Assembly (NCBI GenBank): GCA_013115125.1
Contig: JABANN010000030.1
Span: 1 to 64,000 of the forward strand
DNA: 64,000 nt
Direction: 5' to 3'
Origin: Perkinsus olseni
Taxonomy: Eukaryota
The notes under the pieces are model-generated. The model had not been told where the DNA came from, did no database searches, and worked only from the letters and a program-made list of their open reading frames with translations. Of this stretch, positions 1-12,234 are shown in pieces. How positions within the stretch are numbered: position 1 is the first letter of the stretch; every line of letters starts with the position of its first letter. A program made the translations under genes and the position numbers.

Positions 1-579
1 GACTGGAATAATGAGTGGAGTCGGAGCCGACAACGGCGTACGGGAGGATGCAATCAGCCTCTTGAGCTCAGCTCGAGAAGGCAGAACGCCGTCCTCTCGA
101 GGCAGTGCAGGCCAGTATAGTCGCTCGACAATGATGTCTATGAGACAGCGGACAATCCACTGGGAGCATGGGGTTACCCACGGCGGCACGTCACAGGCAA
201 GCAAGTGATCATCAGCAATGGCCACGCAGTAGTCAACACAGGCGTCGAAAGCTGTTCGAAGGGAAGTGTGACTATCTGACGGGACTGCATCTGTAGCTTG
301 GGTTGGTTGACCACCTTCAGTGGTATGACCCTGGCCGTGAACGCCGGATGTTGTTCCCTCCCCCGAAGCCTCAACAGGGTCGGTGTCGGGATGTGCATCG
401 ATGGCAATGGCCGCTACGCAGTCTCTCAAGACTAGCCTGTAATCTCCTTCTTCGCACTCGACGTGGACGAAGGTGTCCCCAATAGAACCACGGTGCCGTT
501 GTAAAGCTTCTCGGCATACAGACCCCAATATGTTGTAGTTCCATGGAGACCCTGTGTTGTTTGATGAACCCGAAGCCAT
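1..579 (-). CDS. Hypothetical protein, 5' part (runs off the window start)
   Basis: Stop-free minus-strand frame from ATG 720 (or ATG 579, MASGSSNNTGSPWNYNILGSVCREALQRH...LIIPV) to base 1; divergent from the DUF218 gene. No family recognised. Confidence 0.55.
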   Translation of the reverse strand, partial: MASGSSNNTGSPWNYNILGSVCREALQRHRGSIGDTFVHVECEEGDYRLVLRDCVAAIAIDAHPDTDPVEASGEGTTSGVHGQGHTTEGGQPTQATDAVPSDSHTSLRTAFDACVDYCVAIADDHLLACDVPPWVTPCSQWIVRCLIDIIVERLYWPALPREDGVLPSRAELKRLIASSRTPLSAPTPLIIPV

Positions 580-884
580 GGTGAGTGAATGATAACAGAT
601 TAATAGCAGCAATAATTGGTCGCAGTAGTTGATTGCAGTACCCCGCGAAACGCTTCTAGCCGTTTCGTAAGGGCGAATGAGAGATATACAAGATATCAAT
701 AGGAGTGCAAGAATCATCATAGTGAGGGATAAAAATTGAGTGATACTGAGAACAGTGAGATCACTGCAAGGGAGCAAGAGAGCAAGCGCGATGACTCAGT
801 TCTCACAACCGATGATATCGATCACTATGGCGTGCGCGAAGTGAAAACGTCATCATCTGACCGCTGGTATTGCGTACAGTAGTC

Positions 885-1776
885 ATGCTTGAGTTGGACT
901 TGGTAATAATCCTCTCTGGTGGCCTCGACTCGGACGGACTACCCCATCCCTGGGTGCTCAATAGGCTGGACTATGCTGCTGATCAATTCAATACTAATAC
1001 TAGGTACTTCCTTGTCACCAGCAGAGGTAGGCGACCATCGACCGTAACGGCTCCTACCGACCAGCAGGCACCCCGCACAAGGCCCCACCCCTCGATCCTA
1101 ACGCCTTCCCTATTGACGAGGCAACGGCTGGGGCCCGCTACCTCTGCCGAGTAGTGCTAGGCTAATGTGGGTTGTAGTAACCTCTCCTGATGAGCAGACG
1201 AAAGGAGTCCCCGCAGAGAGCATACTTCTAGACAGGTGGAGTATGGATACTGTAGGTAGAATCATCGAGTGTGGGAGAATGGAAGATGCTGCTGATGGTA
1301 GGCAATGCTTACTTCGCCCTAACTTCGCACTGCCAGCCAAGAGGGTTTACTCGAGTGGCCGTGGTGACTTCTCAATTCCACATGGACCGTAGCCGAGCCA
1401 TTTTCGACCACATGAGGATCGCTCTGAGGATGGAGGATGTCTCTATCAGGCAGCAGCCTACTTGTTACCAACGTGAAGGGCAGCGCTCATCACAGGTACT
1501 TCGCCGTAGCAGACGTTGGCATGACAGATGAGATGTTGTTTGCCCGTGCGGCCCGAGAGGGGGAATCCTTGGCCCTATTGCAGTCTGAGGTCCTACCTAA
1601 TATAAAGACTCCGGAGGTAGGCTCAAGGATCGATCCAGTAGTATAGCTAGACCGGCCAGGATGTCCACCGATGGATATTTGAGGAGCATAAAGCTTATGC
1701 ATTCGCTGATGACGGTCTTTGCGTGGACCCGAAGTTGGATCGTGCCCTACCCGACCAAGCCCGTGCTACGTACTGA
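885..1776 (+). CDS. DUF218/YdcF-like protein, multi-exon
   Basis: Spliced product has VIILSGG, RLDYA, VTSRGTPHK, DEA, GVPAESILLDRWSMDTVGNAYF and VVTSQFHMDRSRAIF, typical DUF218 motifs; ends ...DQARATY* at 1776. Confidence 0.85.
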
Positions 1777-1783
1777 GTGTCTT

Positions 1784-2470
1784 CTATCTCTTTTCCCCGT
1801 TTCTGCGTTGGGAGGGGTTCGCTTGGGGAGGACGGGTCATCTTCAATGCCTGCCTGCTTGAATGTTCTTTTGGTTCGCTCTGGGCAGGGAATGGGCTCCC
1901 GATGGGTTCAGCCAACGGCACAGGGGTGTTGCATGTCCTGGTAATACAGGGGGTTGGGCGTATTCCATATGATATTCTTATGGGAGAGTTGTCCGCGATT
2001 GCCGTATGCTTTGCTTCTCGGAAGGGCCCGTTTTTGCTGAACGAATTGAGCAAAAGATATCCCTCCCGGGTTCACCACATTGTGCCTTCGCTCTTCGATA
2101 AGTGACATGACTCTCAGCTGGCCTATCGAACACGGGCTTTTCTCGTCTTGGAGTCTCCATGAACTCTCGCTACGCACGATTGATCATCTTGCCACTCACC
2201 ATTATTCGCTCTGGTGTTGACGCTTTGTGGTTTATATTTAAAACGCCCTTTCGGATCAACCACTCGCCCCCGATGGCACCGCGTAGTTCTGGAGACAATT
2301 TGCTTGGCATGTGCCGCGGATCGTAGGTCCCAGCCTATTGCATACCTGCTGTGGTGACAACTGCTCCACGCTGCTTGTTTCGACCACGGTCCAGAAACGT
2401 GCGTCGGTAATACTCTACGGTCATAAGTAAAAATCACATACTCGTGCGCGAGCATAGCGCATCCTATGAA
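1784..2470 (-). CDS. Possible multi-exon hypothetical gene
   Basis: Segments join in frame through short GT-AG introns (DALCSRT|KYYRRTFLDRG...TTA|ELRGAIGGEW...ERIM|REFMETPRR). Start and stop uncertain; no homology recognised. Confidence 0.3.
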
Positions 2471-2876
2471 TTTAAGGTCTCTTTATCAAATCTCGTTGTT
2501 ACGGCAGCTGTTTAATGGTCTGTAGTTTACAGTTATGATATAAAGGTAGGTTATCATTAGCTACTGGCTGGGGGCTTCGATTTTTGGACCGCCGTCATCG
2601 TCGTGTGGTGGGGGCTTACGAGCCTTGCCTCTGTTGCTCGACGTTCCTTTATCTTATCAGAGTATGTCTGCATCCGGCGTCACCAGCATTTATATCTGAA
2701 TAAGTCCATGCCACGTCCTTGAGTCGCATCACAGTCATCTGTATGCGTTCCACGAGGAGGGGACCGTTGGTAGTACATGGGGGGGATGGCGAGGCCGACT
2801 GGTAGTTAGTTGAGGTTAGGCTTCATGCTGGGCAGTGCTCATTTTGTCGGGCCGTTAAACTCAACGTAGTCTTTCG

Positions 2877-4454
2877 ATGCGATTCTATAAATGTGTAATC
2901 ATACCACTTCTCTCTCAACTCTCGGCTTCATTCGACGGTCAAAGTGACCCGGCCACCGAAGAGTTTGCCGCGCGTATATGGGAAGACCCAGATTGCCTCA
3001 CCGGCAGAGCTCTCGACTGGGCGTCCATCCGACAAGCACTCCAACGAGCCCCGGCCAATGACCATCGTCTGGCAGCTTTCATCGAGCAGTTGTCCACCAC
3101 CATAGGATGGGACGATATCATCGAAGACTGTCTCTTCGGCGGTGTAACCCTTGTGTACTGGCATACGCGCCAGCTCCTCGAGTTGGGCCATCTAGAGGCA
3201 GCATCGCTCCACTTTTCTCTACTGGACTCCTACGCCTCTTCCTTCCACCCAGCTATCATGGCTCGAGGCAGCTGGGGTGTGTCGGACTGGAACCTGACGG
3301 TCTTGCGTCGGGATCTTGCCGCACGCAATGCCCCGTCAGATGCCCTGCCGGACTGTGGCAAGGTATATGTATATACAGAAGACGAGGCCCCCAGCCTACG
3401 GTACCTCACCCAAGGGGCAGCATTCTGTGGGAAGGGCCAGTGGGGTAGCGAAGTCCATATCCACTACTGGCTCCTGTCTTCGCCGTACAGGACTTTTGAT
3501 CCCGCTCAAGCTGACTACTTCTTCGTGCCAGGCTATGGCATATGTGTGTTCGAGGGGGGCTTCCTCAACCTCACTGAAATCAACGACATCTACACAGCCC
3601 TCATAGGGGAGCTTCCCCACTGGCAGGAGGGCGGTCGCCGCCACGTCTTCACCTTTGCCTCGGGCATGGCAGTTGGGGTCTTCAATGACTGGGAGAGGTA
3701 CATACCCAATGCTACGGTACTTACACCAGAGACGGGTATTTTCAATGATAACCGGTGGCAAAAGAAACCGTTCTTCGAACCCTGGAGGGACGTCGCCATA
3801 CCAGGACACCTTCATAGGAGTGAAATCATGCACTTCCTGCAGGTGGCTCGGCCCTTGGAAGACCGCAGGTATCTTGCGGTCTTCTTCGGTCGAGTCGATC
3901 CTTCTCGAGCTTCTCATGTAGCATCGACGGCTTTCGATGATGCTCCTCGGCAAGCTCTGTTTGAGATGATACGGCAGTACGGTCCGATGGAGGACGTCCT
4001 CTTCGGCTCCAATCTCACCGCCGAGCAGATGCGCTCCACCATGGGCGATTCTGTATTCTGCCTGGTCCCGCGTGGTAAGAGTGCCTGGTCTCTCAGGCTC
4101 TACGAGGCTCTCTGGGCTGGCTGTGTCCCGGTGATACTCAGCGACCGTTGGATCCTCCCCTTCGCCAGTCATCTGCCCGAGCATCGCTATGCCCTACGCT
4201 TTCCTATGAAGATGGCAGCTTCACCGCAGTTGCTACATCATCTCCGGGCAGTCCCATTGGAACGGGTCAGAGGGCTGATGGCAGGCGGTCGACAAGCGCG
4301 GTGTCTCTTCTCCTACGGCCTCGGCTCCATTTGGGGACCGATGAGCTTCCTACAGGAACGCCACGTCCCTCTCGATCACGATCTTTGCCCCGAGGCCGAA
4401 GCCTTCACCGGCATCTGCACCGCACTACGACTCATGTTTTCTGCTCAGCAATGA
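2877..4454 (+). CDS. Exostosin-family (GT47) glycosyltransferase, intronless
   Basis: 525-aa ORF with N-terminal hydrophobic segment and motifs KVYVY, KGQWGSEVHIH..LLSSPYRTFDPAQADYFFVP, GGRRHVF, FCLVPRG..AWSLRLYEALWAGCVPVILSD...LPF. Confidence 0.93.
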   Translation: MRFYKCVIIPLLSQLSASFDGQSDPATEEFAARIWEDPDCLTGRALDWASIRQALQRAPANDHRLAAFIEQLSTTIGWDDIIEDCLFGGVTLVYWHTRQLLELGHLEAASLHFSLLDSYASSFHPAIMARGSWGVSDWNLTVLRRDLAARNAPSDALPDCGKVYVYTEDEAPSLRYLTQGAAFCGKGQWGSEVHIHYWLLSSPYRTFDPAQADYFFVPGYGICVFEGGFLNLTEINDIYTALIGELPHWQEGGRRHVFTFASGMAVGVFNDWERYIPNATVLTPETGIFNDNRWQKKPFFEPWRDVAIPGHLHRSEIMHFLQVARPLEDRRYLAVFFGRVDPSRASHVASTAFDDAPRQALFEMIRQYGPMEDVLFGSNLTAEQMRSTMGDSVFCLVPRGKSAWSLRLYEALWAGCVPVILSDRWILPFASHLPEHRYALRFPMKMAASPQLLHHLRAVPLERVRGLMAGGRQARCLFSYGLGSIWGPMSFLQERHVPLDHDLCPEAEAFTGICTALRLMFSAQQ

Positions 4455-4538
4455 CGTTGTCCGTGGTTGTGTTATGGGCTGTAGGATGTATTCTCTCTGG
4501 ATTTCAGTCAATTTATTGAATTCTGGACTTCGTTATAC

Positions 4539-5230
4539 ATGGCAGTAAGAGAAGATGTGACAGACGGCGGAGGCCTCGACGTGCTTGAACGAGAACGTCG
4601 AGAGGCGGAAGAGCAGGAGCCTCCGATCATAGAGATGTTCAACATGTTCCCGCATGAGAGTGGCATAGTGATGAGGCGGGGAGTGGAGCTTGGCATGGTT
4701 TGCAGGTATGTTATCCGCGAAGGTTCAATCCCGGCAGCTTGTATTTCTCTCAGTGTCGTGCTAATCGCCCACTGCGCTTATCTCATTGCGTATAATTGGC
4801 CTACAGAAGGCTTACTTGAGAGCGACATGTCGTTCTTCGACAGGCTCCTTTTGCTCCTCTGTGTAAGACCACCTCTCAATGGTTTTGTCGCGGCCACCGT
4901 GTCCCCTCAGGTTATACGTGTAGTAGCTGCGGTCCCACGGCCCTTCTTTTGGTTCAAGACCAGGAAGCTCTTCGTCGAGGCGAGGTAGTGGGCTTCAGTG
5001 GATTCGGGCCCATCAGTCCATATTAAGCTCAGATACGAGCCGACACCTCAGTTGGTTGCTCAACGTCTTATCGACATTTACTTCCATCCCTTCCGAGTTG
5101 AACGCTGGTTGCTCTGGAGCTACTACATTTGGTTGGGCTTTACAACAGCCCTCCTCTGGCTCACACCTGGGTCCGTGTCGGGACCTTCAGAGCTGGCCAA
5201 AGTGAGCTCCATCCGCTACTACTCTGGCTC

Positions 5231-5263
<33 letters not shown>

Positions 5264-5864
5264 GGTGAATCTTTGGTTGGTCTGTAGGCTCTGTGGAAGC
5301 ACGTGATGATGAACCTTGCCTCAATCATACTCCATCGAGTCGCCTGCGTCAGCCTTTTTTATTGGCTCATGGAGTCTGACTTTAAGCGTGGTATCCCTGC
5401 TGATGTACTGGATAAATACAGCAAGGTGAAGCTACATCACGAGAGGAGGAGTGGCTGCCAAGGCTGTTGCATCTTAGGTTGAGACTTACCTCCCGGGTTG
5501 CCCGTTGTCGCCTTGTCGCTCCGCTAAGGATCATCATTTATATAATTCTGGTGAATGCTCGATTTGCTACTGCGCCTACGAGAAGGGGGAGCATATCCGA
5601 GTGCTGTGCTGCGGCCACTCATTCCACACAGATTGCGTTGACACGTGGTTGGTCGCCCATCAAAACAGGTGGGGTAGCTCTCGGTTGGTCTTCCGCTCCC
5701 GAACTGTGCGGCTTGCAGGTGCCCTCTATGTCTCGGTGTTGTTGGACCAGCATTCGACGATGGAGTCGAACGGCCAGTGTCCGACTGTCAGGTGAGAGCT
5801 TTCCCATCAACGGTGGTATCCGGCGACAGTGTGTTCCTTTCAGGCTGGCAGGCATGGCGACTAG
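4539..5864 (+). CDS. Multi-pass membrane RING-H2 E3 ubiquitin ligase, multi-exon
   Basis: Hydrophobic exons followed by CSICYCAYEKGEHIRVLCCGHSFHTDCVDTWLVAHQNR|CPLC, a RING-H2 pattern completed across an intron. Confidence 0.88.
5232..5261 (+). repeat. (TAC)10 microsatellite in an intron of the RING gene
   Basis: Direct reading. Confidence 0.95.
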
Positions 5865-7205
5865 ATGTGATTCGCGTCCACGTCTTAATGTTTGGCGTTT
5901 TTGTACGAGAGTAAAGACAGTGAATTCAGATTCATCATGATGGTGTTCGCGGCGGTTCGACATCACTATCAATGTTACCATTAATGTCCTATAGATCATC
6001 ATACTGACGACCTCGTTGCCAATATATTTTCGTTGTAGAGGTGCAGCGTGAGCTTATAATCTGAGAGCGCCTCATTTGGTTACACTGGTCGGGAACCTCG
6101 TAAGTCTTGAGTTGAAGTCCTCCGTTCGGAGTAAGTCAGGCCTTGGTGCGTGGAATTCGACTTGGGCAATATCAATCCGGCACGGGTGGGAGGTTGGTTT
6201 TGCATGGAGCCTCTCCTTCCAACCACGTGAGTGAGGGCAGTGAAAAATTCAGTGGTTCAGATTTGCGCGCAACGTCAACCTCGACTTGAGATTTTTAGGT
6301 CGTCGACTGCATCTCAAGATTACGCTTAGTTCGAACTTGAGATCTGACTTACGATCGTTCTTGAGGTTAGTTTCCTCTTAGGGCTGAGGGACTCGTGCAA
6401 CTTTCTTACAGGTGCCGTGAGTGCCTGTGGTGAGGGTTCTAACCTTAACAATCGTCATTCTTAGGGAGTTAGGGAATGAGGCCCACGGTTGCATTGTAGA
6501 TTTACCGTAGATTCGCCCAACGGTTCAGATCTGAATCCGTAAGATACAAAACCGCATATCGAGCGCGATCCAACTGGAGATGCGCCAACTAAAATGGCGC
6601 TTGAAGATAGACTCGCCCCGCTTTCCCATGTTACCACAACGAATTGCACGCAAACCATTTGGTTGCCATTCCCTGGCCGTCTCGTAACATCTACTGTATT
6701 CTTTCTGGTCATAATACATCGCGCAAATGCAAACGCGCACTATAGTGGCAAGAGAGTGGCGACTATACGCCATGTAGCAGCTGCCATCGACTTCACTAAT
6801 ACTCATCTGTTGGACTGTCATCGCTGCAACTACCTTTACTGCTACTGCGTATCATTAGTCTCAGATACCCGTCCAGCCTCCTTCTGCGCCTTGCACGCGC
6901 GTGCTTGGGTATGCGTTCTGATTTACGCTAGAGGTTCTCAATATCGATCAACTTTCCTGGAATCAGTTTTGCAACTCTTTGAGCACCGTCTCAAACAGCC
7001 ACCCTGTCCAAAGTTATACTGCAAAGGTCGCCAGTATGCGGGCTTAGTATGGAACGGATACTCTGCGTCGGGAGAGTCCTTCCTCCACAAAAGATGCGAC
7101 TTCTGCTGCTCAGCGTCTCGAGGATAGGAGTTCGACGTCGGGCTTTTTTGACTTCTCTTCGAGAAAGGCGCCTCTAGTTTCATAGTTCCTTCTTATTTCT
7201 TGCCA

Positions 7206-9229
7206 ATGAGAGCAGTGGTTTTGAGCTTACTCGGAGCCTTATCTGCCATAGAAGCTTATCGCTTCCCCGAAGAAGATCCTACTTACTACTGTCATTCTGA
7301 ACTGAAATGGGATGACGCCCCTTCAAGAGAGGACGTGTCTGGAGCCCGTTTAGTGAGGCCGTCGCTTTTGAATTTTTCTTCTGCCTCTCATTCTCTTCCT
7401 CCTTAGGAGAGAGTTCTTGTGTTTGCGCGCCATGGTGGCCGAACGCCCGTGAATGACATGACCTGCTGGGTCGGAGATGAGACAAGGTAACGTCTGATAC
7501 GAAGCGTGAACGCTTATGTGGCAAGCTTCTCGCTGCCAACTACTCATTGGTCCTGCTCAGATACACTTGTCCGACTCAGACCTTCTATGGTTTCACCAAC
7601 AGTCCTTCGGGAGGTCGATCACCCGGCTTTACCCGAGTTCGTGGCAAGGAGGGCGCGTTGCCAGGGGAGAACTGTGTCCTGGGTCAGTTATGTTTGCTTC
7701 GTCATTCCCTCGGGATTAACGTTCCTCAGGCCAACTAGTCGACTCTGGAGTCCAGATGCATCTGGATAATGGAAAGCAGCTTGGCGCGGCCTACAAAGCA
7801 GCTTTGGGTTTGGATGATGTACGTCTGCTATAACTGTGTCTTCCTCCTCGTCTGCTTCCCCCGGGGGGCCTTCCTCGTATTGCGTCTGTCCTTCTATCAG
7901 ATCCCAAGCGAGCCCGAGGTCATGTTCCGCTCGACTGATGTCCCTCGAGTATACCAAAGCGCTGAAGCCTTCGCCATGGGGATGTTCCCGGAGATCGTCA
8001 ATGGTAAGGTCCTCTGGATATACGCAAGTCGTTTTTACCGTTCGATCTTTTCGGAGTTTCCTCAGAGAATCCGTCGAATCTGAGGATCATCATCCCTGAC
8101 AGCCAAAGAGATACGATGACGCCTAGCGCTACGGTAGGCTTCCGCAGAAGCGTGATTGTTGTTAGCTTCATGCTCAGAAACCGTTACTTCTCAGGTTTGC
8201 CCTCGCCTCAATAAGGCTCTCGAAGAATTCTACGAGTCCCCGGAAGCCAAGGAGCGTGTAGAGCGAGCGAACTTCGAGCGAGCCTTCATTGGATTCGTGA
8301 CTGGTCGTTCCAAGGATTTCAGTACTAGCGACCCGAAAGATATGGTCAACATCTACGCCTCTCTTTATGTGAGTTTTTCTCGTTGGTGGCAGGATCTTGC
8401 TCCGACTTCCACGCATTTTTTGGATATCAGGACTGCATGACCGCCCACGTCTGTCCGACCGTACCTAGCGAACCGAAGAATGTACCGCTCGGACTTGGCA
8501 CATCGAGTCCTTTGTTCAAACGTGTCGAGGAGGATGCCCTGTAAGCCGGATTGCAAATCTCGAATATTGGCATTCCTCCCTCATGTTATCATCAGGTTTT
8601 GGATGAACAACCGTTATGGCCTTAGCGAAGAATTGCGGAAGTTCGCGTACGGGCCTCTGATCGGGGTAGGCATGGGATCGTGCCGTGACAGCGAGGTTAC
8701 ATCTGGCTCATTCTACGAGAAAATCTCCATTCATCTAATTTTTGGAACCCCCTCAGGATGTGCTTGAGGATTTGAGTATCCCCGAAAGACGTCTCTCGGT
8801 GTATCTCGGTCACGACACTGGTCCGGCTAACTCTCTTGCTGATACTCTCCAGTTGACATGTAGGAGCTTGAAAATGGCTGATGTGATCCTTCCACCTTCG
8901 CGCTTGTCAGGGATGGATTCTGGTAATGTTTGTGCGAAGACCTGGCCTCCATTTGCTACTACCATGGTGATGGAACTCTACTCCGACAATCAGGCCCGTT
9001 TTATCTATAACGGCAGAGTGGCCTCTGTTGAAGCCATCGAAGAATGCCGTGGCAAGTGAGTTATCCCCTGCGTTGAGGCTGTATTATGGCGTCGGTGGTT
9101 TGACATTAACTTCTCATCAGATCCCTTTGTAATTACGAGTCGCTCTATGAGTATCTCGAAACCGTTGTTCCTAACGAGTTCGAGTGCAAGGGCATCCCCG
9201 AAATCGAGCATGGTAACTTCCGTGCGTAA
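7206..9229 (+). CDS. Secreted histidine acid phosphatase, copy 1 (multi-exon)
   Basis: Signal peptide MRAVVLSLLGALSAIEA; RHGGRTP motif (VFARHGGRTPVND); GQL..SG..M; RSTDVPRVYQSA; GHD proton-donor motif; PPFATTMVMELY. Confidence 0.92.
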
Positions 9230-10119
9230 ACCTCATGTTATGTTGAGGACCGTTTCCCGCGAATTTCGGGGGCATGTTGCAAATATATTCTGTTCCTATA
9301 GAAAGTCATTCTGGCTGACCATGTGTACATACGAATCTCGCGGCTAAGACTCTTGCCGGTAAGACGCCAGTCTACCTTCTACTTTATGTCTTGCTTTCTC
9401 ACAGGACTGCTGTGAAATTTGAGTTGGATCTTGAGTTCAGTGAAGCTCTTCGGGTGTAAATGAATGGGGCGTTTATGCACTCTCTTGGAAGAATCTCTCC
9501 GTATGATCTGTTTTCGTGCAATGCCTGCGTGAATTCTGAAGCATCCTCGAAGCCTGATAGTCCCGGTTCTCCATAAGTTTCGGTTCGGACCAGCGAGATC
9601 CAGCGTATCATCATAGTCGATGGGTCTGCGAGAATATTGGGCAATCTGCTGATAGATATCGAATGGGTTTCATGTAGACCGACCTCTTACAATGCATATG
9701 GGTTAATGTCGTACGATAGCGACTGCTTCCGCCGTTGATCAGTCGGCCTGTCAGACGCGACCCCGTCACTCGTGTTGCTCTCGAAACCTGTCTCTGTATC
9801 GGAATGAGTAAGCCTGTGTCTCACCAGCCGCAGGAGAACCTTGTACTCGATGATCGTGGAGAGCTCACCACCGTAATGCTTTGGGTGGAATTTTCCCGGT
9901 GGTGGGTAATTCGGCCCAGGTTCAAATCCTGGCTCTGTCATTTTTCTGTATCGTAGATACCAGGGCTAGATACCAGCTAAGCTTAGCCATAGTGACGTTA
10001 GTAGCCGCTGTTCCTGGTCTTTCATAAGTGGAAGTGGTTCATCCATGTGATCTCAGCTCCTGTACTTTGGTAGGAATACATCTTCAAGTTTCGTAGTCGT
10101 TTATCCCATTTCATTCCTT

Positions 10120-12234
10120 ATGAGGGCAGCAGTACTGAGTTTGCTCGGAGCATTATCTGCTATCGAAGCTTATCGCTTCCCCGAAGAAGATCCTACTTAC
10201 TACTGTCACCCCGAAATGAAGTGGGACGACGCCCCTCCACGAGAAGACGATTCTGGAGCTCGACTGGTAAGGCTGCCCACTGTGGATTATCCGTTTGCTT
10301 CTTACTTTTCTTATCCTTAGGAAAGAGTTCTTGTATTTGCGCGTCACGGCGGTCGAATGCCCGTGAATGACATGACCTGCTGGGTTGGAGATGAGACAAG
10401 GTAACGTCGGATACGAAGCGTGAACGCTTATGTGGCAAGCTTCTCGCTGCCAACTACTCATTGGTCCTGTTCAGATACACTTGCCCGACTCAGACCTTCT
10501 ATGGTTTCACCAACAGTCCTTCCGGAGGTCGATCACCCGGCTTTACTCGAATTCGTGGCAAGGAGGGCGCGTTGAAAGGAGGCAGCTGCGTCTTAGGTGA
10601 GCTATCTTCGTTACAGTATGCATACGGTGAAGTCAATTCTGATTTATGTCTACCTCAGGCCAACTAGTCGACTCTGGAGTCCAAATGCATATAGACAATG
10701 GAAAGCAGCTTGGCGCGGCCTACAAAGCAGCTTTGGGTTTGGATGATGTACGTCTGCTATAACTGTGTCTTCCTCCTCGTCTGCTTCCCCCGGGGGGCCT
10801 TCCTCGTATTGCGTCTGTCCTTCTATCAGATCCCAAGCGAGCCCGAGGTCATGTTCCGCTCGACTGATGTCCCTCGAGTATACCAAAGCGCTGAAGCCTT
10901 CGCCATGGGGATGTTCCCGGATATCGTCAATGGTAAGGTCCTCTGGATATATGTAAGTCGTTTTTACCGTCGGAAGTTTTTTTCAGAGGATGCGAAGAAC
11001 CTGAGGATCATTATCCCCGACAGCCGAAGGGATACCATGACACCTAGTGCCACGGTAAGTGTTTGTAAGAGTCTTTATTCGGTCCTTGCTCAAGATACAG
11101 AGCTTGTTTTCATCTAGCTGTTTTGGTCCGACTTGGTCACTTCTCAGGTGTGCCCTCGCCTCAACGATGCCCTCAATGACTTCTACGAGACCCCAGAAGC
11201 TAAGGAGCGTGTAGAGCAATCCAGTTTCGAGCGACAATTCCTTGGAATTGTCACTGGTCGCCCGGACGATTTCAACACCAACGACCCGAGCGATATGGTT
11301 AACATCTTCGCTTCACTTTTTGTAAGTCGTTGAGGGGGATGGAACATTACTTCCGTCTATTGTGGTGACCTCAGTGGATTGAATGAATCTTAGGATTGCC
11401 TCTCCTCTCACGTTTGCTCAACGGTTCCCAGCGAGCCCAAGAATGTGCCTCTGGGGCTTGGCACGTACGGTCCCCTGTTCAAACGCGTCGAGGAAGAGGG
11501 CCTGTAAGTCCTGCGGCGACGGCGGACGTCTGAAAGATCCGAGCTCATCGTGATTAGGTTCTGGATGAACAATGTGTATGGTACTTCTGAAGAGATACGC
11601 AAGCTTGCTTATGGACCTCTCATCCGGGTGCGTTAGAGAGACAGCAGCTTCGTTTGCTCAGTGAGCAGTGTTCACATCTCTTCGCCTCTGCTGCTGTTGT
11701 ATTGTGCACATGTTCTTAGGATGTACTCGATGATTTGAGTATCCCCGAAAGACGTCTCTCGGTGTATCTCGGTCACGACACTGGTCCGGCTAACTCTCTT
11801 GCTGATACTCTCCAGTTGACATGTAGCATGAAAATGGCTGATGTGATCCTTCCACCTTCGCTCTTGTCAGGGATGGATTCTGGTAATGTTTGTGCGAAGA
11901 CCTGGCCTCCTTTCACCACCACCATGGTGATGGAACTCTACTCCGACAATCAGGCCCGTTTTATCTATAACGGCAGAGTGGCCTCTGTTGAAGCCATCGA
12001 AGAATGCCGTGGCAAGTGAGTTATCCCCTGCGTTGAGGCTGTATTGTGGCGTCGGACCGACACCGTCGGTGGATGTGCATCAAAGCCTCTTTCCTTCGAG
12101 TGGTTTGACATTAACTTCTCATCAGATCCCTTTGTAATTACGAGTCGCTCTACGAGTATCTCGAAACCGTTGTTCCTAACGAGTTCGAGTGCAAGGGCAT
12201 CCCCGAAATCGAGCATGGTAACTTCCTTGCGTAA
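10120..12234 (+). CDS. Secreted histidine acid phosphatase, copy 2 (tandem paralogue)
   Basis: Same exon structure and RHGGR.P / GHD motifs as copy 1; ends ...EIEHGNFLA*. Confidence 0.92.

Noticed and set aside
1181-1220. CTGATGA-G-CAGA-C-GAAA looks like a minimal hammerhead core
   Set aside because: Stem III and a contiguous stem I cannot form, and it straddles an intron/exon junction.
1386-1404. ACCGTAGCCGAGCCATTTT resembles the dinoflagellate/perkinsid spliced leader
   Set aside because: It is interrupted, lacks GGCTCAAG and lies in the conserved HMDRSRAIF coding motif. I saw no SL relic elsewhere.
3396-4184. 262-aa antisense ORF
   Set aside because: Shadow of the GT47 coding strand; no recognisable motifs.
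6040-7150. Repeated CTTGAG/CTCAAG inverted motifs, two TTAGGG and intron-like signals
   Set aside because: No coherent gene model, terminal repeats or telomeric array could be built; left unannotated.
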